This document shows positions 59,484-64,000 of a stretch of DNA of 64,000 nucleotides, one piece after another. The notes beneath the pieces are model-generated. The model made no database searches. It was not told the DNA's origin and saw only the letters and a list, made by a program, of their open reading frames with translations. The stretch is from Escherichia coli (GTDB taxonomy: Bacteria; Pseudomonadota; Gammaproteobacteria; Enterobacterales; Enterobacteriaceae), in NCBI RefSeq assembly GCF_003334355.1, contig NZ_QOWP01000008.1; one strand, given 5' to 3'. A program made the translations under genes and the position numbers. Numbering within the stretch: the stretch's first letter is position 1; the number at the start of each line of letters is the position of its first letter.

Positions 59484-60305
59484 ATGTCGTGTGAAGAACT
59501 GGAAATTGTCTGGAACAATATTAAAGCCGAAGCCAGAACGCTGGCGGACTGTGAGCCAATGCTGGCCAGTTTTTACCACGCGACGCTACTCAAGCACGAA
59601 AACCTTGGAAGTGCACTGAGCTACATGCTGGCGAACAAGCTGTCATCGCCAATTATGCCTGCTATTGCTATCCGTGAAGTGGTGGAAGAAGCCTACGCCG
59701 CTGACCCGGAAATGATCGCCTCTGCGGCCTGTGATATTCAGGCGGTGCGTACCCGCGACCCGGCAGTCGATAAATACTCAACCCCGTTGTTATACCTGAA
59801 GGGTTTTCATGCCTTGCAGGCCTATCGCATCGGTCACTGGTTGTGGAATCAGGGGCGTCGCGCATTGGCAATCTTTCTGCAAAACCAGGTTTCTGTGACG
59901 TTCCAGGTCGATATTCACCCGGCAGCAAAAATTGGCCGTGGCATTATGCTCGACCACGCCACGGGCATCGTTGTGGGTGAAACGGCGGTAATTGAAAACG
60001 ACGTATCGATTCTGCAATCTGTGACGCTTGGCGGTACGGGTAAATCTGGTGGTGACCGTCACCCGAAAATTCGTGAAGGTGTGATGATTGGCGCGGGCGC
60101 GAAAATCCTCGGCAATATTGAAGTTGGTCGCGGCGCGAAGATTGGCGCAGGTTCCGTGGTGCTGCAACCGGTGCCGCCGCATACAACCGCCGCTGGCGTT
60201 CCGGCTCGTATTGTCGGTAAACCAGACAGCGATAAGCCATCAATGGATATGGACCAGCATTTCAACGGTATTAACCATACATTTGAGTATGGGGATGGGA
60301 TCTAA
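59484..60305 (+). CDS. cysE: serine O-acetyltransferase, 273 aa
   Basis: MSCEELEIVWNNIKAEARTLADCEPMLASFYHATLLKHEN; hexapeptide repeats. Confidence 0.92.
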   Translation: MSCEELEIVWNNIKAEARTLADCEPMLASFYHATLLKHENLGSALSYMLANKLSSPIMPAIAIREVVEEAYAADPEMIASAACDIQAVRTRDPAVDKYSTPLLYLKGFHALQAYRIGHWLWNQGRRALAIFLQNQVSVTFQVDIHPAAKIGRGIMLDHATGIVVGETAVIENDVSILQSVTLGGTGKSGGDRHPKIREGVMIGAGAKILGNIEVGRGAKIGAGSVVLQPVPPHTTAAGVPARIVGKPDSDKPSMDMDQHFNGINHTFEYGDGI

Positions 60306-60319
60306 TGTCCTGTGATCGT

Positions 60320-60348
60320 GCCGGATGCGATGTAATCATCTATCCGGC
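60320..60348. repeat. REP-like stem-loop between convergent cysE and trmL
   Basis: gccggat ... atccggc inverted repeat with a 15-nt loop. Confidence 0.4.
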
Positions 60349-60357
60349 ATACAGTAA

Positions 60358-60831
60358 CTAATCTCTCAACAACGCTCCCGGATATCCCAGCTGCCGCCAG
60401 GCTTCATACACCACAACTGACACCGCATTGGACAGGTTCATGCTGCGGCTGTCCGGCACCATCGGAATGCGAATTTTTTGTTCAGCGGGCAGGGCATCAA
60501 GAATGCTCGCTGGCAGGCCGCGTGTTTCCGGGCCGAACATCAGATAATCGCCATCCTGATAGCTTACGGCGCTATGAGCAGGCGTACCTTTCGTGGTGAG
60601 GGCAAACAGGCGCTGGGGATTTTCTGCTTCGAGGAACGCGCGAAAGTCATGATGACGCGTAACGGCGGTAAACTCGTGATAGTCCAGCCCCGCGCGGCGC
60701 AGGCGCTTATCGTCCCAGGCAAATCCCATCGGTTCGATGATATGCAGACGAAAGCCGGTATTAGCGCAAAGACGGATGATGTTGCCAGTATTTGGCGGAA
60801 TTTCTGGTTCGTAAAGTACGATGTTTAGCAT
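60358..60831 (-). CDS. trmL: tRNA (cytidine/uridine-34 2'-O)-methyltransferase (SPOUT family), 157 aa
   Basis: [37 protein letters not shown]. Confidence 0.85.
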   Translation of the reverse strand: MLNIVLYEPEIPPNTGNIIRLCANTGFRLHIIEPMGFAWDDKRLRRAGLDYHEFTAVTRHHDFRAFLEAENPQRLFALTTKGTPAHSAVSYQDGDYLMFGPETRGLPASILDALPAEQKIRIPMVPDSRSMNLSNAVSVVVYEAWRQLGYPGALLRD

Positions 60832-60886
60832 ACTGCCCCCTTAGTGCGGGGGCAGGATAGCAGAAAATTGGTGAGCAGTGCGGCCT

Positions 60887-60977
60887 TTTCCCCTCACCCC
60901 GGCCTCCCCCTGTCTCTTGATCAGGAGATCTGATCAAGAGACAGCTCCCTGAGGGAGAGGGTTAGGGGGAGGGGGCG
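60887..60977. repeat. About 90-bp imperfect palindromic element; core is two head-to-head IS50 inside-end-like sequences flanked by C-rich and G-rich arms
   Basis: 60926-60944 reverse-complements to CTGTCTCTTGATCAGATCT (19/19 to the recalled IS50 IE); 60910-60928 CTGTCTCTTGATCAGGAGA (15/19); 14-bp perfect inverted repeat ctgtctcttgatca around the centre ggagatc; flanks ccctcaccccggcctcccc and gggagagggttagggggagggggcgc. Confidence 0.55.
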
Positions 60978-60984
60978 CAAACGA

Positions 60985-62175
60985 CTATGCCGCATTCCCT
61001 TTCGCCATCGGGGCCAGTGCCGCAGGCAACTCTTTACCCAGCCCCTGCACCAGCGAATCTTGCGTAATTTCGCTGATCGATTTCGCGCCAGTCAGCGTCA
61101 TCGCCACTTTCATCTCTTTTTCGATCAGATTTAGCAGGTTAGCTACACCCGCCTGGCCCGCTGTTGCCAGCGCATACAAGAAAGCACGACCCAGCAGTAC
61201 GGTGTCGGCACCGAGCGCAATCATACGCACGACATCAAGCCCGTTACGAATTCCGCTATCCGCCAGAATGGCTATATCACCTTTCACCGCATCTGCAATA
61301 GCAGGCAGTGCACGGGCGGAAGAGAGTACACCGTCCAGCTGGCGGCCACCGTGGTTAGAAACCACAATTCCATCAGCACCAAAACGTACTGCATCGCGCG
61401 CATCTTCCGGATCGAGGATCCCTTTGATCACCATCGGGCCATCCCAGAAATCGCGGATCCATTCAAGGTCTTTCCATGAGATGGACGGATCGAAGTTATT
61501 CCCCAGCCAGCCGATGTAATCTTCCAGTCCGGTCGGTTTGCCGAGATAAGCTGAGATATTACCTAAATCATGTGGACGACCGTTCAGGCCCACATCCCAC
61601 GCCCATTGCGGATGTGTCACCGCTTGCAAGTAGCGGCGCATTGCCGCGTTCGGGCCGCTCATACCTGAATGCGCATCACGGTAGCGTGCGCCCGGTGTCG
61701 GCATATCCACGGTGAAAACCAGCGTCGAACAACCCGCTGCTTTTGCTCGCTCCAGCGCGTTACGCATAAAGCCGCGATCGCGCAGTACATAAAGCTGGAA
61801 CCACATTGGGCGCTTGATGGCTGGCGCGACTTCTTCAATCGGGCAAACGGAAACCGTCGAGAGAGTAAACGGAATACCATGCGCGTCCGCCGCTTTGGCT
61901 GCCTGAACTTCGCCACGACGCGCATACATGCCACACAAACCCACCGGAGCCAGTGCCACCGGCATCGACAATTTCTCATTAAACAGCGTCGTTTCCAGGC
62001 TTAAGTCGGACATGTTTTTCAGAATACGCTGGCGCAGCGCCACTTCTGACAAATCTTCCACGTTGCGGCGCAGCGTGTATTCAGAATATGCACCACCATC
62101 CATATAGTGGAACAGGAACGGCGGCAGAATGCGTTGCGCTGCGGCGCGATAATCGCTGGCTGCGGAAATAATCAT
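60985..62175 (-). CDS. lldD: L-lactate dehydrogenase (FMN-dependent), 396 aa
   Basis: [43 protein letters not shown]; alpha-hydroxy-acid oxidase family. Confidence 0.9.
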
Positions 62176-62948
62176 GCGTTTTTCTCCCTCGAATGCTCAT
62201 TATGCTCACCGGGCAGGCGGGTAATCCGTGCGTGGCGAGCCTGATCTTCATCGAATCGTTTCATGGTGGTGTGAACAAAACTAAGGTGCGCCATCATTGC
62301 TTTACGCGCCCCGTCAGCATCACCGGCAAAAATGGCGTCAATGACAGCCTGATGTTGTTCGGTCAGTTGTGAAAAAACCGGTGGCACCAGATACATCCGC
62401 TGACGGCTATGCTTCACTGAGGATTGCAGGACATCGAAGAAACCGCGCATGGTTTGCAGCAGCACGATGTTATGTGAGGCTTCGGCAATCGCCAGATGAA
62501 AACGAACGTCCGCTTGTGAGGCGATATCCGGGTCTTCACTTAGCGTTGCTTCAAAGCAAAGCTGAATCTTTTCTTTGTCGCCAGGTGTGGCGCGCATTGC
62601 CGCATGCCATGCGGTGCTGGCTTCAATGGCGTAGCGGGCTTCCAGAATATCGAAACTGTAATCCGGATCATCGGCCATCAGTGTTTTTAGCGGCTGGACG
62701 ATGTTTTGCTCCGACCATGTGTCATGACGCCAGCGAATAAACGTCCCGCCGCCGCGTCGACTGAGCAGCACGCCTTCACTCACCAGTTTTGCCAGCGCCT
62801 CGCGCAGTGAATTACGTGATACGCCGAGTTGCATCGCCAGTTGGCGCTCAGCGGGCAACTTCATGCCCGCTTCCAGGTTTTTTTCATCAATCAGCGCCCG
62901 CACACGATCGGCAACCTCGTCTGACAGGCGTCTGGGTAAAACAATCAT
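62172..62948 (-). CDS. lldR: GntR/FadR-family L-lactate operon regulator, 258 aa
   Basis: ORF 62172..62963; start [20 protein letters not shown] (ATG 62946-62948); N-terminal wHTH. Confidence 0.85.
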
Positions 62949-64000
62949 TAAGGAATCATCCACGTTAAGACATAAGCCTGAAGCGTGGTGATCACGCCCA
63001 CTATACAGGTGAAGATCAGGCTGTGTTTGACAGTAAAGCGGAACAAATCAGACTCTTTGCCCACCAGGCCTACCGCCGCACAGGCGATAGCGATAGATTG
63101 CGGGGAGATCATCTTACCGGTGACGCCACCGGTGGTATTGGCGGCAACCAGCAACAGATCAGAGACGCCAATTTGTTGTGCTGCGGTGGCTTGCAGCGCG
63201 GCGAACAGGGCGTTAGATGAGGTATCCGACCCGGTCAGGAATACCCCCAGCCAGCCGAGGAACGGCGAGAAGAAGGTGAATGCATGACCGGTGTGCGCCA
63301 GTGCCAGCGCCAGTGTTGATGACAGTCCGGAATAGTTCGAAATAAAGGCGAATGCCAGCACCATACCGATGGAGTAGATGGGCAGAGCCAGTTCTTTCAG
63401 CGTGCTGCCGAAGGTGCTGATAGCGTCAGACGGTTTCATCTTCAGCCAGACAATCGAGAGCAGTGCAGCAAACAGAATGGCGGTGCCGGTGGCAGAGAAC
63501 CAGTCAAACTTAAACACGGCGGCATAGGCTGTAGCCTCGCTGACCACTGGCGGCATACGGGCAACCAGTTTATCGAGGTACGGCACCGGAATATTGATCA
63601 CCCACTCATACAGCGCGCCACCCGATGCGAACAGGGCTTTAAACGGCGGGATACTCCACAGTGTTACGGTAGCTGTCAGGAACAGGAACGGTGTCCAGGC
63701 ACGTAACACCTGACCCGCAGTGTAACCGGTGTGGGCCAGCGTCATATCAACCTGTGACGCCCCCAAATCACCAAAACGGAATACACGCACTGGCTGCCAG
63801 CGTTTGAGGAACAGCGTCAGGCAGAGCAGTGATACCAGCGAAGAGATAATGTCCGGCAGCTCCGGCCCAATGAAGTTAGAGCTAAGGTACTGAGCGATGG
63901 CAAACGAGCCGCCCGCAACCACGACCGCAGGCCACGTCTCTTTGATACCGCGCCAGCCGTCCATAATCGCCATGATCCAGAACAGCACGATAATGGTCAT
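62948..64000 (-). CDS. lldP: L-lactate permease, C-terminal about 350 codons (5' end beyond window)
   Basis: polytopic membrane ORF running to the window edge; stop overlaps the lldR start by 1 nt; completes the lldPRD operon order. Confidence 0.85.
   Translation of the reverse strand: MTIIVLFWIMAIMDGWRGIKETWPAVVVAGGSFAIAQYLSSNFIGPELPDIISSLVSLLCLTLFLKRWQPVRVFRFGDLGASQVDMTLAHTGYTAGQVLRAWTPFLFLTATVTLWSIPPFKALFASGGALYEWVINIPVPYLDKLVARMPPVVSEATAYAAVFKFDWFSATGTAILFAALLSIVWLKMKPSDAISTFGSTLKELALPIYSIGMVLAFAFISNYSGLSSTLALALAHTGHAFTFFSPFLGWLGVFLTGSDTSSNALFAALQATAAQQIGVSDLLLVAANTTGGVTGKMISPQSIAIACAAVGLVGKESDLFRFTVKHSLIFTCIVGVITTLQAYVLTWMIP

Noticed and set aside
60887-60977. An intact Tn5/IS50 transposon or engineered transposon insertion.
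   Set aside because: Only about 35 bp of end-like sequence is present. There is no transposase or resistance ORF and no 9-bp target duplication that I can identify, and the flanking arms are themselves palindromic. A native miniature or repeat element is more likely than a transposon insertion.

Overview
This window reads as a contiguous enterobacterial (Escherichia coli-type) chromosomal segment running ade/adeQ, selC, yicJ-yicI, xanP, gltS, the gmk-rpoZ-spoT-trmH-recG operon, rph-pyrE, dut, coaBC, rpmBG, mutM, coaD, waaA, the waa LPS core locus, hldD, kbl-tdh, waaH, envC, gpmI, grxC-secB-gpsA, cysE and lldPRD. Identification rests on gene order, ORF lengths and recalled protein N-termini; no database search was possible. 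I call about 60 CDS and one tRNA (selC), and found no transposase, integrase, prophage or CRISPR array. I did not find a convincing undescribed multi-gene system; the window is mostly core genome. The most notable points are: (1) an LPS outer-core cassette with R1/R4-type gene order, three family-8 glycosyltransferases, WaaY kinase, a family-25 glycosyltransferase and waaL, all visibly AT-rich; (2) setC interrupted by a single in-frame TAA; (3) a palindromic element between trmL and lldD whose core is an exact 19-bp match to the IS50/Tn5 inside end, head-to-head with a second partial copy; (4) an unoccupied selC island-integration site; (5) an intact rph (not the K-12 rph-1 frameshift) with the pyrE attenuator; (6) candidate regulatory sites: PurR box upstream of xanP, LexA box upstream of dinD, and JUMPstart/ops upstream of waaQ.
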